Assembly: GCF_018350175.1 (NCBI RefSeq)
Contig: NC_058369.1
Span: forward strand, 12,712,001-12,776,000
Reading direction: 5' to 3'
DNA from: Felis catus
Taxonomy: Eukaryota
Length of the DNA: 64,000 bases
The notes under the pieces were generated by a model, which worked only from the letters and a program-made list of their open reading frames with translations, had not been told where the DNA came from and ran no database searches. Position 1 is the stretch's first letter; the number at the start of each line of letters is the position of its first letter. Both the position numbers and the translations under genes were made by a program. This document shows, one piece after another, positions 48,660 through 62,582 of this stretch.

Positions 48660-51300
48660 GGCAAACCATTACAATAACATACAAGCAAAAAGAAAATCTC
48701 GTAAAGAGCAAGAATATTTCAATGCATAGACACCACTCCTATTCAACCCCCTACTGGAGGTCCCAGAATAAAAAATAAAAGGTAAACAGATCAAAAAGCA
48801 AGAAGTAAAACTCTCTTCTTACAGATATGACATGATTTACAAAGAAAATCCCAAACGCTACTCAAACTAATAAAGTTTATTTAGCAAGATTGCAGGATAC
48901 AGGGTCAACATAAAAAAAGCTCATTTCTAGCAATGAACAAATCTGGAAAGTGAAATTCAAAGACAGTACTATATAAAAGTTCTCAGTAAGGAAAAAACAA
49001 AGCTATGTATGGTGATAAGTATTGACTAGATTTACTGGGGCAACCATTTTGCAACATATACAAATGCTGAATCATTATGTTGTATACCTGAAACTAATAT
49101 AACTTATGTCAATCGTACCTCAAATTAAAAACCAATTTCTTCATTTATAAAAAAAGAAAGGGGTGCCTGGGTGGCTCAGTTGGTTAAGCGTCTGACCTCG
49201 GCTCACATCATGATCTCACAGTTTGTGGGTTCGAGCCCCACGTGGGGCTCTGTGCTGACAGCTCAGAGCCTGGAGCCTGCTTCAGATTCTGTGTCTCCCT
49301 CTCTCTCTGCCCCTCCCCCACTTGCCTTGTCTCTTTCTCAAAAATAAATAAAAATTAAAAAAAAAAAGAAAAAGAAAACACAGTATCACGTATAGCAGCA
49401 CTAAAAACCACCAGATACTTAGGTATAAACCTAACAAAATATAGGGAAGGCCTATAAGGAAAGGAAGGCCAACATGACCAAATAAATGGATAGGTGTACC
49501 ACATCCATACATTGAAAGGCTTGGTGTTTTTAGGATGCTGTCCTCCCTAAACTGATGCACAGATTCAATACATTCGAGATCCCAGCAGAAATTCTGGTAG
49601 AAAACGGCAAGCGAAGTCTAAAACTTACATAGAAAAGCAAAGGGACTAGGAGAGCCAGTGTTTGGCGAATAGAGTGGGAGAATTCACACTAACTGATTTA
49701 GAGACTACAGTGAGCTTGGCATCTGGAACTGGCTTAAGGACACGTAGATCAAGGGGAAAAAATGGAATCCAGAAGTGATGCGTACAAAAAAGGTCAAGTG
49801 CTTGTCAGCAGAGGTGGTGACAATACAATGGGAGAAGGAAGGTCCTTTCAACCAATGGTGCTGGAACAAGAGGACATCCATACACTTAAAAATGAACTTC
49901 AATTCCATTATCACACCAGATACCAAAATTAATTCAAACTGGATCACAGACCCAAATGTAAAATCTAAAACTACAGAAGTCATAGAAGAAAACATGGGAG
50001 AAAACCTTTGTGATCTTGCGTTAGGCGAAGATTTCTTAGGTGAGATACCAACAGCGTGGCCCATAAAAGCAGAAATCCATTAAGATGGACTTCATCAAAA
50101 TTGAGGATTCAATTCTCCTCAAAAGACCCTACAGAGAAGGAAAAGACAAGCTACACACTAGGAGAAAATATCTGAAAATCACCATAAAGGGTTGGGGCCC
50201 AGGGGAGAGAAAGAGTTCTCCAAACTCAACAAGGAGAAAACAACCCAATTTAAAAACGGGCAAAAGATCTGAAAGAACACACCAACAAAGATACAGGAAT
50301 GGCCAGTAAGCACATGAAAAAATACTCAAGATCAGGGGCGCCTGGGTGGCTCAGTCGGTTAAGCGTCTGACTTCGGCTCAGGTCGTGATCTCGCGGTCTG
50401 TGAGTTCGAGCCCCGCGTCGGGCTCTGTGCTGACGGCTCAGAACCTGGAGCCTGCTTCGGATTCTGTGTTTCCCTCTCTCTGACCCTCCCCCCGTTCATG
50501 CTCTGTCTCTCTCTGTCTCAAAAATAAATAAACGTTAAAAAAAAAAAAATTTTTTTAAAAAGAAAAAATACTCAAGATCAGCGGTTGTTAAGGAAAATGT
50601 AAATTAAAACCACAACAAGATACCACTTCACACCCACCAGAATGGTTTCCATCTCAAAAGTACTGACTGGAACTCTCCACAGCGGAGCCACTTTGACCTG
50701 GAGCCACTTTGGGTAACAGGTGAGCAGTTTCCTACGAAGCCAAAAATACACCTACCCTACAATTCCTCTCCTGGGAGACCCGAGAACGCATCTACATGGA
50801 ATCCCACAACAGGAATGTTTGAGGTGGCTTTGTTTACAATTGCTCAAAATGGGAATCAAACCAAATGTCCTTCCCTCGCAAACGCTAAACACAGCATGGA
50901 ACATTCTTCAGCCATCAGAAGGAACCAACACTCACTGTGACAGGCAACCACAGGGAGAGACCTCCTCTCCTTTACGTGAAAGAGGCCAGACGCAAGAGGC
51001 TGCATCCCGTGTGACACCTTTTAAATGACCTTCCGGAAAAGGCAAGGCTACAGAAACAGAAACAGGTAACCGCCTGGGATGCAGTGGGGCTGGCTTCATT
51101 GGAGCACCGAGGGATCTTGGGAGTGACAGACTGTTCGGTATCTCGACTGTGGTGTCTGTGACTGGGTGAGTTTTTGCCCAAACTCGCAGAACTGTAGGCT
51201 GGAGAGTGACGCCTTACTCTACGTAAACTGTATGTTAAGAGATGGAAAAAAAAAAAGAAGAAAGAAAATGGACAAGCTCTTAGAGATGGAAACTACCTCA
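48660..51300 (+). mobile_element. Fragmented old L1 with Can-SINEs (49160-49380; 50334-50560)
   Basis: L1 ORF2-like ORF 49775-50083 (FNQWCW...WITDPNVKSKT); SINE TSD gaaaaaatactcaagatca. Confidence 0.8.
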
Positions 51301-51565
51301 GCAGGGAGACACATAGGGCGCTGTAAACAAGTCTGCAAGGCGACATTAAAATTATGAGGCACGGACTGTGATCTTTTGTTGAAAATCACTTCAACAAAAT
51401 CACTCTGGCTGATGACGTGTCCGTGTAGGTTCATCAGTTACAAATGTGCATCTCTCTGGTGGGGGGGGGGGGGGTGTTGACCAGGTAGGCTATGAGGGTG
51501 TGGGGCAGGGATTCTACGGGAAATCTCTGGATTTCTGCTCAATTTTGCTGTGAACCTAAAACTCC

Positions 51566-51601
<36 letters not shown>

Positions 51602-51763
51602 AAGTCTGTTGAAAACAACAAACCACGCCCAAGGAGTGACATCAGTTTGTGAAAAGGTTTCCTTTTTCCTCAAGTTGGATCTTAAGTCACACTATTACTT
51701 AAGTTTGTTTATGTATGTAGTCCTTCTCGAAGACCCGGTAGGTGTTTTTCAAACACCAGTCAA

Positions 51764-51965
51764 GGGGGCACCTAGGTGGCTCAGTTGGTTGAGCGTCTGA
51801 CTCTTCCTGATTTTAGCTCAGGTCATGATCTTGCACTTTGTGAGTTTGAGCCCTGCATCAGGCTCTGCACTGACAGTGCGAAGCTTGCTTGGGATTTTCT
51901 CTCCCTCCCTCCCTCTCTGCCCCTCCCCTGCTCTCACCTTAGTTCTCAAAATAAATAAACTTAAA
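51764..51965 (+). mobile_element. Can-SINE
   Basis: Head and A-rich tail. Confidence 0.85.
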
Positions 51966-52302
51966 ATTCTATAAATACCCGCCAAGGCCAAAGACTGTGT
52001 GCTGGGCACCCGACAGAACTGTTTCAGGACAGAATCCAGAAAGGAATTATCAGGTTGAAAGGCAGGAACAATTTCAGGTTTCAGTCGAGGTCACGTCTTT
52101 GCAAAGGGGATCCTCAGAGAGACCGCTGCTCACAAAAGAGACTCAAGACTGGGAACGAAGGACGAGACAATCACAGAGGCTGCTGGGTAAAATCCCCGAA
52201 AGGCTTGTTCGGGGACCATGCTGTGCCTGGCTCACGTGACTTGTGTCAGAATTCCAAGTTCTGACGGAACTCTATTCAGAACGTTCAAAAAACAGTCGTT
52301 AC

Positions 52303-52358
52303 CTTTTTGGTGGTTTTCTTCTCGTACTGCAGGTATCGGGACTCAACCACTCTTCCAC
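52303..52358 (-). CDS. HAUS8: HAUS8 exon 3
   Basis: GGRVVESRYLQYEKKTTKK; CAG/GTAAC. Confidence 0.96.
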
Positions 52359-55227
52359 CTGTGGGGGACACGTTGTTGGTTTATAACAAAACTACAACAG
52401 TGGAGTGTGAGAACTGGCCCAGCCCCCCGCCCCTGCCATGGAGAGTCCGGTACTATGCCCCCTCACCAACCCCCCCCCCCCCATCAACAGCAGGGACAAC
52501 AGAACTGTTCCTCCTTGCTCCTCTCAGATCCTGTCCTTTGGCATCCTCGAGCATGTATGGGACACCAACTGTATACAACAACATGGATGGGATACTTGCG
52601 GCATCCAAGTCGCTGGGCTAGGGACAGAGCCCCAGAGAGCTGCAGGAGCTATGATGGAGGAATATGAGGGAATAAGCTCAAAGCAGAAAGTGGATTCAGG
52701 GGCAGGGAAGGGACAGGAAGCAAGACTTTCCACAGAGGCGCACGTATTTGCCTCCTCCTGTCTTTCCCAGCTCACTCCCTGCGGTCAAGACCCCAACCAC
52801 CCCTTCCTTCACCCAGGTCTGTGTCTGACCCACTCATGGTACAGGACTTTCACGCCTCTTTACCCCCTTACCTAGCTTAGGACTGTTCGGGAGCCATGCT
52901 CAGCACCAAGCCATACATCTTGGTGACAGCGCAGCCCCAGGCACCCTTCCTGCTGCTCTGTGGCAGCAAGGGGGTGTCTCTCAACAGACCCAGTGACCAC
53001 GCACAGTCCTCTGCTCTGTCTCCCCCCACCCTTTCTCCTGGACCCTCCCTTGCACTTTCTCCTCCCACGTCCCACAAGGGGCCCATCCCTCCAGTTAGCT
53101 AGGGACCAGATTCTACTTCACTGGCAAGACAGAAGCAGCCCCAGGAGACCCTCCCACCTCAGCATCCAGCAGCCTCCCAAGTTCAGGGCCATATCCCGGC
53201 CCCACCACGTGGAGGGACCTCTGTGCTTTGGGGTAAAGCAAACCCTCCACTCTAGGTGCCAGAGCCCGGCCCTCACCCCCGCTCCCCAATCCCAGTCCCC
53301 CTCTCCAGTGGTCTTCCTGCCATTATTTCTCCCTCCACCTAGACCCTCTCCCCCCACTTCTCCACTCCCCTTTACGATGCCAGCTCCTCTTCCTCTCCTC
53401 TCTCCCGAATCCCACTCCAGTCCAGTCTGGCTTTCCCGATCACCACTGCACCAAAGAAACCCCTTTCGGCAAGACTGCTGAGATCTCCCCGCCCCAAAGC
53501 CCACCAACCAATTCTTAGTCCTCACTCTGAGCACAGCACTTGCTGGCACCCTCCTCCCTAAAACACCCTGTGTCCTCCTGGCCGGCTGCCCTCTTGGTGG
53601 CTGAGAATGGGCTGCCTTGCAGATCCATTAGCTGGTAAAGCCTGAGCGCCTCCAGGCACCTCGCGCATCTCCTATTCCCACCTCGCTGCCCTCACTCCTG
53701 TTCCTGCCACCGTGACCACTTTTGCTGTCCCCCAACCAGCAGGCACGTGCCTGCACCTGCCCTCCTTCCCAGCTCCGCTCAGCCCAGCACCTCCCTTGGA
53801 CCAGGAAGGCACCCACATCCTGTTTTATCCACAAGGTCCAACACACCCCATGTCGCCTTACTTCTCCATCTGATGTGCAGCCAGTCTGGTTTGCTCAAGG
53901 CTAAATGCCACTGCCCAGTAGGGAGTAGGTGCTCAGCCAGGCATCCAGTGCACGATTCTACGCTTTTTCTAGGTACACCCAGAGCTCAGAGATGTCCCCT
54001 TTTTACTGAAGAGACCCAGAAAGAGTGACACGATTAACATCACACAGTTTGACAACTTGGTTAAGTGACACGGTGATCTCAACCGGATCTTCATGGCAGG
54101 ATTTCATCTTTCACTGGGGCTGGAGATGCGGTCACAGCCCCGAGTGGAAAGGAGGTACATCCAGAGTTCATGGGGAGCATGGAGCTGGACGAGGAGCTAG
54201 TGGTTGGCCCGAGTGAGCCCTGGATATGGAAGAGCCACGCCTGCGGGGTGAGCGGGCTCAGACGATCGGGCAGGAGGCATTAAGGGTCAAGGCCAAGAAC
54301 AGGCAGGGGCCGGGAGAGAAAAATCAAGATACACCAAGGGTCTGCCGCTGGACGTCAAGTGAGGATCAAGGCAAAGAACACCCTACCCCCCCACCCCCAC
54401 CCCCCACCCCCAAGCACAGGAAACCATCCTGCTTTCAGTCCAACACCATCAGCAAAGAGTTTTGCTCCTCTGGAAGGATCGGAGGCCTGGGGTTCCTTGA
54501 ACATCTCTGACAAGCAGTTTCAAGTTTCCAGAAACTAAAATGTACATGTTTGTTTTAAACAGGGGTGGATTCTCCACAGAAGCAGTATTGTGACGAAGGA
54601 TATAATTTGCGTTCAAGAACCAGACCACGTGTAAACATAATAAACGTTAGAGACGAGATCATCGAGCAGCACTGTAGCGTATGAACCTCCAGTCCCTTGG
54701 AACTGGAATCCTGCTCTAACTCTGCACTGGCCCACAGCACACTTAGAGGAAAACAGTTCACTGTATCAGAGGCTTGAGCTCCGACGAGGGGGATCCTCCA
54801 GTCTACTGCCCCAAGTGGCACGGACTGCCAAGAGTCAAGGGAGGCTGTGAGCAGTGACTGCAGACCCACACGGGGACCCCAGATGTGGGCACGCCCCCGA
54901 GGCGCTTACAGAGAAGCAACGGAGACTCCCGGGTTCAATAACAAGTTCGGCTCATGCTCTCCTCACCCACACTTCCTAGTGGCGAGTCCTGCGCACAGCC
55001 CGTGACGCGCCCCCCCCCCCCCCCCCACGGCTGGAAGGGCCCGCTGCCCTGGATGATGTCCGCCGGGACCTGCCGGACCCCTGGCTGCAGGCCTGGGTGA
55101 CCAGATTCAGCATCACACGAAGGTGTGTGTGAAATAAAGTCCTAGCTTCCCTGCTCCGGCCCGGGCTTTTCTTCCCCAAAAGCACTTTCTGAAACTGGAT
55201 CGTGAGGTAGCTTGCAACTTTGCTCAC

Positions 55228-55292
55228 CTTGTGTTCTGCTTCCTTTCATCTTAGCGCCACCAGGAGTACCGGGGCCCCCCGAGGAAGGCTTC
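55228..55292 (-). CDS. HAUS8: HAUS8 exon 2
   Basis: KPSSGGPGTPGGAKMKGSRTQ; TAG/GTGAG, phases fit exons 1 and 3. Confidence 0.88.
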
Positions 55293-55999
55293 CTAGAAGA
55301 GGGAGATGGGGGTCTTGTTAACATAGTTGACTAGGCCCAGGGAAGGCAGCGCGAGGAGCCTGGGCTTCCTCGGGACAACCCAGTCCTGGCACCCTGATGT
55401 CCGCGAGTCCGGGCCGCCTTCACTGGAACACAGACACAGAGCTCCTGCCCGGCCGAAGCTGAGGAGGGCCCAGAGGGGTAAGAGTGAGAAGAATGAGCAT
55501 GTTTGCCAAGCCTCAAAGATCTCAACTTCGGTCAGGGGTTCATTAATTCATCAGGCGTTTAAGTGCCAACTGTACGCGCCTGATGCCACCTGGTAAAGGG
55601 AGACGGAGCTCCTTCCTGAGAGGCAGAAACAGCGTTTTCCCGTCAGGCAATGTGAAGAGTGCCCCGGACAGGCAAAGAGGTGGGGGGTAGGCGAGACACA
55701 AAGCCCTGTTTGCTCAGGTTCGTGGCGAAGGACGTCCAGAGACAGGGATCAACAAGGCCAAGGGCACAGGGCAGAGAAGAATGATGTCGAAATGGCAACT
55801 GATCAGCCCTATGGCTTCGCAGGGAACCCAGGCAGGGATACGGGATCAGGAGGAGAGAAAGCTGGGCTGGGCTGGGCTGGGCTGGGCTGGCAGAGTCCTG
55901 ACTTCCCAGCTTAAAGTCTCAGATCTATTTCTATAGGCTCCTTACTGGTAACCTTTCTCTGTAAAGGGCCAGTAGGTTCCTGCCAGAAAACAAGGAACC

Positions 56000-56465
56000 C
56001 TGAATGCTATTCAGCCCTAAAAAGACGTACTGATACATGCTAAAATGGATGAATCTCAAAAATATTATCCTGGGGGCACCTGGCTGGGCTCAGTTGACGG
56101 GGCATGCGACTCTTGAGTTCGAGCCCCACAATGGGGGTAGAGGTTACTTCAATAAATAAACCTTTTAAAAGTATATATATTATCCTAGGTAAAAGAAGCC
56201 AGGCACATAAGGCAACATTTTGTATGATTCCATCTGAAAAGTCCAGAACAGGCGAGTGAGACAGAAAGCTGATTGGTGGTTGTCAGGGGCAGCGGGCTGC
56301 AGGAAGAACGGGGAGTGACTGCAAATACATACAAAGTTTCCTTCTGGGCTGGTGAAAATGTTCTAGAACTAGACAGAGTTGGTGGCTGCACCTTGTGAAG
56401 GTCTTCAGGCCATTAAATCGCTTGCTTTAAAATGGTTAATTTGATGTTATGTGCCTTTCATCTCT
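56000..56465 (+). mobile_element. L1 3' fragment with short SINE (56072-56170)
   Basis: L1 3'UTR text; TSD-like atattatcct. Confidence 0.7.
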
Positions 56466-57749
56466 ATTTAAGGAAAGAAAGAATGAAGCCTGATGTCATG
56501 GGGGAGAGGGAACCTTGAATCAGGAGAGTCAGCGATGCCTCCCAGGTGTCCCGTCTGGGCAAGGGGGAATGCCACGAACAGAGACCAGCAACTCGGAAGG
56601 TGCACATTGAGGGGCAGGGCAGGGCAGGGGCCTGGTGCTGTAACCCCTGCTGACATCAGGACACAAGCCCCACTGGTCACAAAGTGACCTGTTCAGCTCA
56701 CGGCAGCCACCTCCTGTGTGGCAGGTTCTGAGGACCCCAAGTCGGTGCTGGGCCACAGGGGGGAGAGGCAACCTCACAAATGCTCACTAGGTGCCGGAAG
56801 CTCTGCTCCTTCGCAAAATCCTCCCAATCCTACAACTACCTCACTGTTGGCCTGCTTTATCCTTGTTTTCCAGACGAGGACCTGAGGGTTTGAACAGGTC
56901 ACCCCTGGCAAGTCTCAGAGCTGGCAAGGGACAGAGCAAAGATTCCCTATGGGGTCAGAGCTAGGGCTCTGGAGTCAAACTGAATGTGGGGAGGGGAGTT
57001 CATTGCACCTGTGCCAGCCTCTGGTACCACCCCCCTCCCCCCCAAAACGTCGGAGAGACTAATGGGAATCTCAGGATAACGCAGGGTGGAGAAAACCCAA
57101 CCGATTTCAGTCGGCCTATTTAACTTCAATTTGCACTGGAACAATAAACATGGGCCGAAAGCACAAATAAAACAAACCCAGCCCAAGCATCACACCTGGC
57201 ACCGCCAAGTGTTCAAAGTCTGTCTCTCTTGTTCCTGCTGTGACAAATGACCTTCCCTCCCTGAGCCTCTATTATGCCACCTGTAAATGGGATGCGTAGG
57301 AAAAAAGAGACTAGAAAGATTAGAGATAGTTTAGTGGCCCAGCACTGTCCACTACAAAACGTTAACTGTAATAACCCCAGATCACATTCAGGAGCCACGC
57401 ACTGTTGTAAGAGCTTTTCAGTTTCACACAAGGCCTACAAGACTGAGCCGCGGCGTCATTCCGCCGATTTCGCAGGGGAGGAAGGCGGAAGCACAGAAAG
57501 GTTAAGCCGCTAGCCAAGGCTCGCCCCGCACCCACATAACTGACTCGGGACTCAAGGTCTAGTTCCGCGCCCACGCTCCCGAGCATGCGCAGAGGCCGCA
57601 CCCCGCCTCCCCGAGCCTGTGCACCCTCGGTGGGTCCAGAAGGGATCAAATCCCCAACCCCCAACGCTGCTGGCCCTCCCCCACCAGCTCCCGGCCATGG
57701 CCTTCTCGCCGGCACCGACAAAATCCAGGCCCGCTGCGCCTCAACTCAC

Positions 57750-57778
57750 CCAGCACTGCGCCCCGACGAATCCGCCAT
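57750..57778 (-). CDS. HAUS8: HAUS8 exon 1 coding part
   Basis: ATG 57778 MADSSGRSAG, donor GTGAGT; all 11 exons total 1128 nt = 375 aa + stop. Confidence 0.95.
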
Positions 57779-58079
57779 TTCCCGCCTTTAACTCAAAGGC
57801 CGGCTCTTCAAGTCCGTGTGCCCGCCCCCTCGCTCCGGACCGGGCCATATTGCGGCGCCATAGGAGGGGTGGCCACGGACCTCGGGGAGCGTGCCTGCGA
57901 GTGGAGCGGGCGAACCCGGCTCGCGCGCCTCGCTGTGTTCCCCTCACACTTGGTTTCATCCACCAGAGGCAGGAGGCGGTGGCCGGAGCCCGTAGGGAGG
58001 AGGCGGGTCTTCGGGACGCTCCGCCCCGCGGCGCTCTGGCGTCACGCCCCAGCCCCGCCCCTCCGAAACCCGGAAGCGG

Positions 58080-58205
58080 GAGCGCGCGGGGGAGCGGCGG
58101 GCGCGGCGGGGCGGAGCGGCCCGACCAGTGGTGGGCGGTCGGTCGGGCGGGCGGCCGGGCGGGGACCCGGCCCGGGACCGGCGGCGCGCGGCGGCCGAGG
58201 CCAAG
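58080..58205 (+). other. MYO9B: MYO9B non-coding first exon (start approximate); intron 1 runs off the right edge
   Basis: GC-rich segment ending in AAG|GTGAGT donor at 58205/58206, head-to-head with HAUS8 as in human; no MYO9B coding sequence in window, so identity rests on synteny. Confidence 0.75.
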
Positions 58206-60987
58206 GTGAGTGGCGGCGGCCGCGGGTTGGGGGCTCGATCTCCAGGCTCGCATTGGCGGGCTGCCTTGGAGGATACGGAGCTGGGGATTAATGGGAGGAG
58301 GCGCGAAGGCAGGAGTCGAGGGAGCGGGAACGAGCTTGGGGGTCGCGAAGGGGTTGCTGGCGATGGGGTGGGAGCGGGATGGTTGAGGAGAAAGTTGATG
58401 GGAAGGGCCTGGTGAGGGAGTTTACGGATGGGGAGGGAGCAGGTCTTGTGGCTTTGAGCAGCTTCTCTGGAGGACGTGGCTTTAGTGGTAGTTGGGGGGT
58501 CGCAGGAAACCGGGCTAGGAGCGGGGAGGCAAGGAGGCGGGGTTGAGAGGCCCAGGCTGGGGACGTGGGGCAAGGCCGGTGGGGGGACAGCTGAGATGCG
58601 ATTGAGGGAAACGGTATAGGACGGCCTGGGACCGTCTGCCTTCGGTGGACGGGGTAGGGAATGGTTCCTGGGGGAGGGAGGCGCCTGGGATTCAGTGGGT
58701 GCTCAAATCCTGGAGGTCTGAACTCCCTGGTGTGGAGGCCGGCGGAATGGGGAGGGGGGAAATGGGGGATGGGAGAGGGGGAAAAAACTGTGGCAAGAAC
58801 TGAGGGCCAGTTGGGGTGCGGGGGATAGAGAGGAGAGGAAAGGACAAGAGTGGCCCTGTGCAGACATTGGGGTGCAGCCCATATCATTTGGGGGGTCCCC
58901 TTTCTCTCTGGATTCTCCTATTTCCCGACTTCATCCCCAACCACTGGGTAACCGGAGCGAGTCCCAGTGCCCTCTAGGCTGGTGTTCTGCTATTTGGAAA
59001 ACCACACCACTCTCCTAAGACAGGGCTGGCTGGAGCCCTGGGGTCCCAGGGAGCAAAGAAGGAGACTCCGGACCTCGTCGGGGGCCCGGAACTGGGTTTA
59101 GGGGGGAGGGAACGCGTGTGCTAAGCTGTCACCACCTCCTCGGAGTTGCATCCTTGGACTTAAATGGGTAAAACGACGTACAGGAAATCTGTCCCCCGGC
59201 GGCGGCTGAGCTCACAGCCGGGGAGAGGCAGGGCAGCCACGGCGGCAGCCAGCAGCAGCCAGCCCACATGCGCTCCCTCCTCTCCCTTCTCTCCCGGGCG
59301 CCCTGTAGGCTAGGGGACTTTAAGGGAAAGCCTCTCACTCACACCTCTTTGTCTGAGGTGGGAGCTGGTGGGCACATTGTGTCTTGCAGGTGGAGGGTCC
59401 CAGCTCCTACCTTTCTGACGTGTATTCTGGCCTTGGAGGCTCCAGTCTCTTAAGGCATCCAGGAGCAGTGGGGGGGGCCCCTTGGGCATCTGAGCTGGGA
59501 AGTTGTTTCATCGTCCGATGGGCCGGCTCTGGCAAGGGCCTTGCGCTGGGCGGTTTTAATCAGCATTAATTTCTCTTCTTTCCCAACTGTGGGGGATCCT
59601 TGTCCGGCATCTGCCAGAAGGGCTGGGGAGTCTGGGTTTATAGCTCATTCAGGAGATGAATCTGGATAGATGGAATGTAAAGAGGGCCACAGAGAGATAT
59701 CTGCTCCCTTTGCTTCCAGAATGTTCTGGCCCTTACGGAAGGTAGCTTTTGGCCTTGCTTGCCCCAGGACACATTGTCAGAGCCCAAAGTCATGCCTTCT
59801 ACAGACATTCAGTGTGGGCTTGCCCTGGCCAGGATGCCCCCCCCCCCCCCCCGAACAGGACTGGAATCTTCTGGTTGTGTGGCCCTGGTCGTTGTCTCCC
59901 TGGAGCGCAGCCAGGCAGGCTTTCACGGAGGGTCCTGACCTTGGTCAAGTCTCTCTGTCTGTGTCTTCACCTGCAAAATGAATGGATTGGCCTCAATCAG
60001 CGTTTCTCAACCTTAAGACCCAAGCCCTTTTCGATAACCTTCGTGTCTCTGGCATACATCCCCCTCGTATTTTATGCAGCCCCTGACTTCAGTGATCCCA
60101 GTTTTGTTCAACTTTCCATTGTATGGTTTGTTTCCAGAAGACGATCTTTTTACTGCTCCTTTATCTTCCACGTGGAAAATTCCACAAATTCCACCTTTGC
60201 TTTTGCACGTTACACCTGTTCCCCGAGCTTCAGCTGCATCTTTCTGGTTGGAAGTCGTCCCTGAGACCCTCTCTCCGTTCCAGGCCTCTGGCTCGGAGAA
60301 GAGGGTGGAGACTTGGGAATGTCCCCTTTCTGTTTGGCTGTGTGGTCTGTTTTCTGTCCCCAACAGGGGCTTGTTAACTTGCCACTTCCCTTTCCTTGTC
60401 TGCCCCCCCCCCAAAGTTGTGTCTTGGGTGAGCTTAGAGTTCAGTTAAGCCGGGGCTGATCCTTCCGGCACTGGGGGCTAGGCCCCAGGGACAGAGATGA
60501 GCCCTCATGCCCTGGAGGAGGGACATTCTAGTGTTCTCCCTCCCCGAGGAATGATGAAATTCAGAGTGCGTGGTCAGTGCAGCAACAGAGGTGGCGCAGG
60601 AAGTTGTGAAGACAGAATCAGGGCTAAGCAGTGCAAGGGATAATCAGGGGCTTGGGGGAGTTCTGGCGGGTTTCCTTGGAAGAAGCGGCAGGGTCCAAGC
60701 CAGGCCTCGAAGGATATGGAGGTGTTCAATCAAGCCAGGAAGAGGGAGTTGCATGAGCAGATCCCTGCACAGCTCTGCTCTTTATTGAGCGTCTTCCGTG
60801 TCGGAAGCTTTTATACCCATCTCTTTTATTCTGCCAACCGGCCGTGAGCGGTCTGGGTTCCTCTTTTCTCAGTGTGGAAACTGAAGCTCAGTTTCCATAG
60901 TGGCGAGCTCAGAGATGGTCCCCTGGGCTTTCCAGAAACATGAAGGGTCATTAGAAACCTCCAACTGGCAAAGACCAAATTGCTAGA

Positions 60988-61200
60988 GCATGTTTCTCAG
61001 CTGCAGCGCCATTGACATTTGGGGCTGGGTTATTTTTTGCTGTGGAAGCCACCCCACGCGTTACAGGGATAGCAAGCAGCATCCTTGGTCTCCGCCCACT
61101 AGAGGTCAATAATACCCCTCAAGTTGTGCCCACCAGATGTGGCTGTGGGTTTCTGGGGGCTCAAGAACCCCCGCTCTGGGGTGAAATCTGGTTATTGCCC
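60988..61200 (+). mobile_element. MER20-like element
   Basis: tttctcagctgcagcgccattgacatttggggctgg...agcagcatccttgg. Confidence 0.6.
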
Positions 61201-62249
61201 CAGGCCTACCTTCGCCTCGGTGACTCTTTGGTGTTTGGTCCGCTCCCAGGGAACGGCAGCCAAGGGCAGGCGTGGGGTAGAGCGGCCAGCAACTGAATTC
61301 TGCCATCCGGTCAGTTCTTAATCTAGAGTCCTGATAAAAAGGAGACACGGTTGGGAAAGGACTGAGGGGGAGTTAGGCAGCGTGCCCCAAGAATGGACAG
61401 CAGAGGAGGACCAAGAGGTGGGCCAGGGCCATCTTCGCTCACTGGGACAGCAGATGCCGTTGTCTTTCTGTCTGTCTTACAACTGACCTGGATTTCTGCA
61501 GGAACCGTCCCTCATCTCAGAACGAACCACTGGTTTTCTTCCGAGATTAGAGGTATTAGATTCTCTTCCCGAGAGCTACTTTGGAGGTGGCCCCAGATCA
61601 GTGTGGCCCTTGGCCCCAGACGCCGGAACGTCCTCAAGCACAGACCGTCTAGCTTTTGCTCTTTGTGCGTCCTTCTCTGCTTGTTCCCCAGCCATGCCAT
61701 AGCTGCTTTAACTCCACGGGAGGAAACAGCACGTTCTGGGGCCGCCCGACCCCTTCTGAACATTGCCCTCCCCCACCAGTCCCCATCCACCAGCCCTTTG
61801 TGTGCCCAGCATCCCTGACCAACTGTGCCAGGCAGCCCCTGCTCGGCCTCCCCGCAGAGCAAGACAGGCCCTTCTCTCTGCCCTCCTCCGGACGGACAGC
61901 ATAGCAGAACAAAGGGCTCTGTCTGAGCACCACCGGGTCCCCGACGGGCCCTGTCACTCTACCTCTTTTCAGTTTGGCCCAGAAGGGGCCTCGGCGATTA
62001 GGCACGTCTCAGAGACACAGCCGATGAGTTTGGGTTCTACTCATTTCCTCGTCGAGACTCTCTGAGCCCGTGGCTGATGATAAATAAAGTAGTGATTCAA
62101 GGGTTCGGCCTGCGGGTTAGTCGGAGCAATGAATAAGCTGTCCAGGTCTGACTCATTCGTTTATACCCTAGCTCTGCCCTGCTGCAGCAGGGTTGCATGT
62201 GCGAGAGGGGACCCAGCTACAGGCATTTCATTTCTGTCTCTGCTGGGTG

Positions 62250-62582
62250 TACGAATCTCCCAGGGCCACTGTGACAAAGAACCACAGACCAGGCTGCTCG
62301 AGCAACAGAAATGCATTGTCTCACAGATCTGGAAGCCCGAAGCCCAAGATCAAGGTGTTGGCACGGTTGGTTTCTTCCTTCTGTGTCTGTGTCCTAATCT
62401 CCTCTTGTCAGGACAGGAGTCCTGTTGGATCAGGCCCACCCTAATAACTTCATTTTAACTTAACCATCTCTTTAAAGACTCTGTCTCCGACTCCAGTCGC
62501 ATTCTGGAGCACTGGGGAGTAGGGCTTCAACATGAGGAATTGGGGTGCGGAGGTGGGTGGGACCCACTTCAGCCCGTAACAC
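62250..62582. mobile_element. MLT1-like LTR
   Basis: ccagggccactgtgacaaag...cagcccgtaaca. Confidence 0.65.

Larger units (their letters stand above)
57440..58400. promoter_or_regulatory. CpG-island bidirectional promoter HAUS8/MYO9B
   Basis: CpG-rich; E2F TTTCCCGC 57778-57785, YY1-like CGCCATTT at HAUS8 ATG, CRE half-site 58039-58044, GC boxes, ETS CCGGAAG 58070-58076, NRF1-like GCATGCGCA 57583-57591. Confidence 0.85.

Noticed and set aside
9602..50520. Recurrent MAQSVK...QVMISR...SSPASGSVLTAQSLEPASDSVSPSLSAPP ORFs and tRNA-like A/B boxes
   Set aside because: Can-SINE translations and SINE heads, not a gene family or tRNA genes; no CRISPR or prokaryotic system present
57619..58887. Long ORFs across the HAUS8/MYO9B promoter
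   Set aside because: GC-island artefacts; MYO9B coding sequence is not in the window
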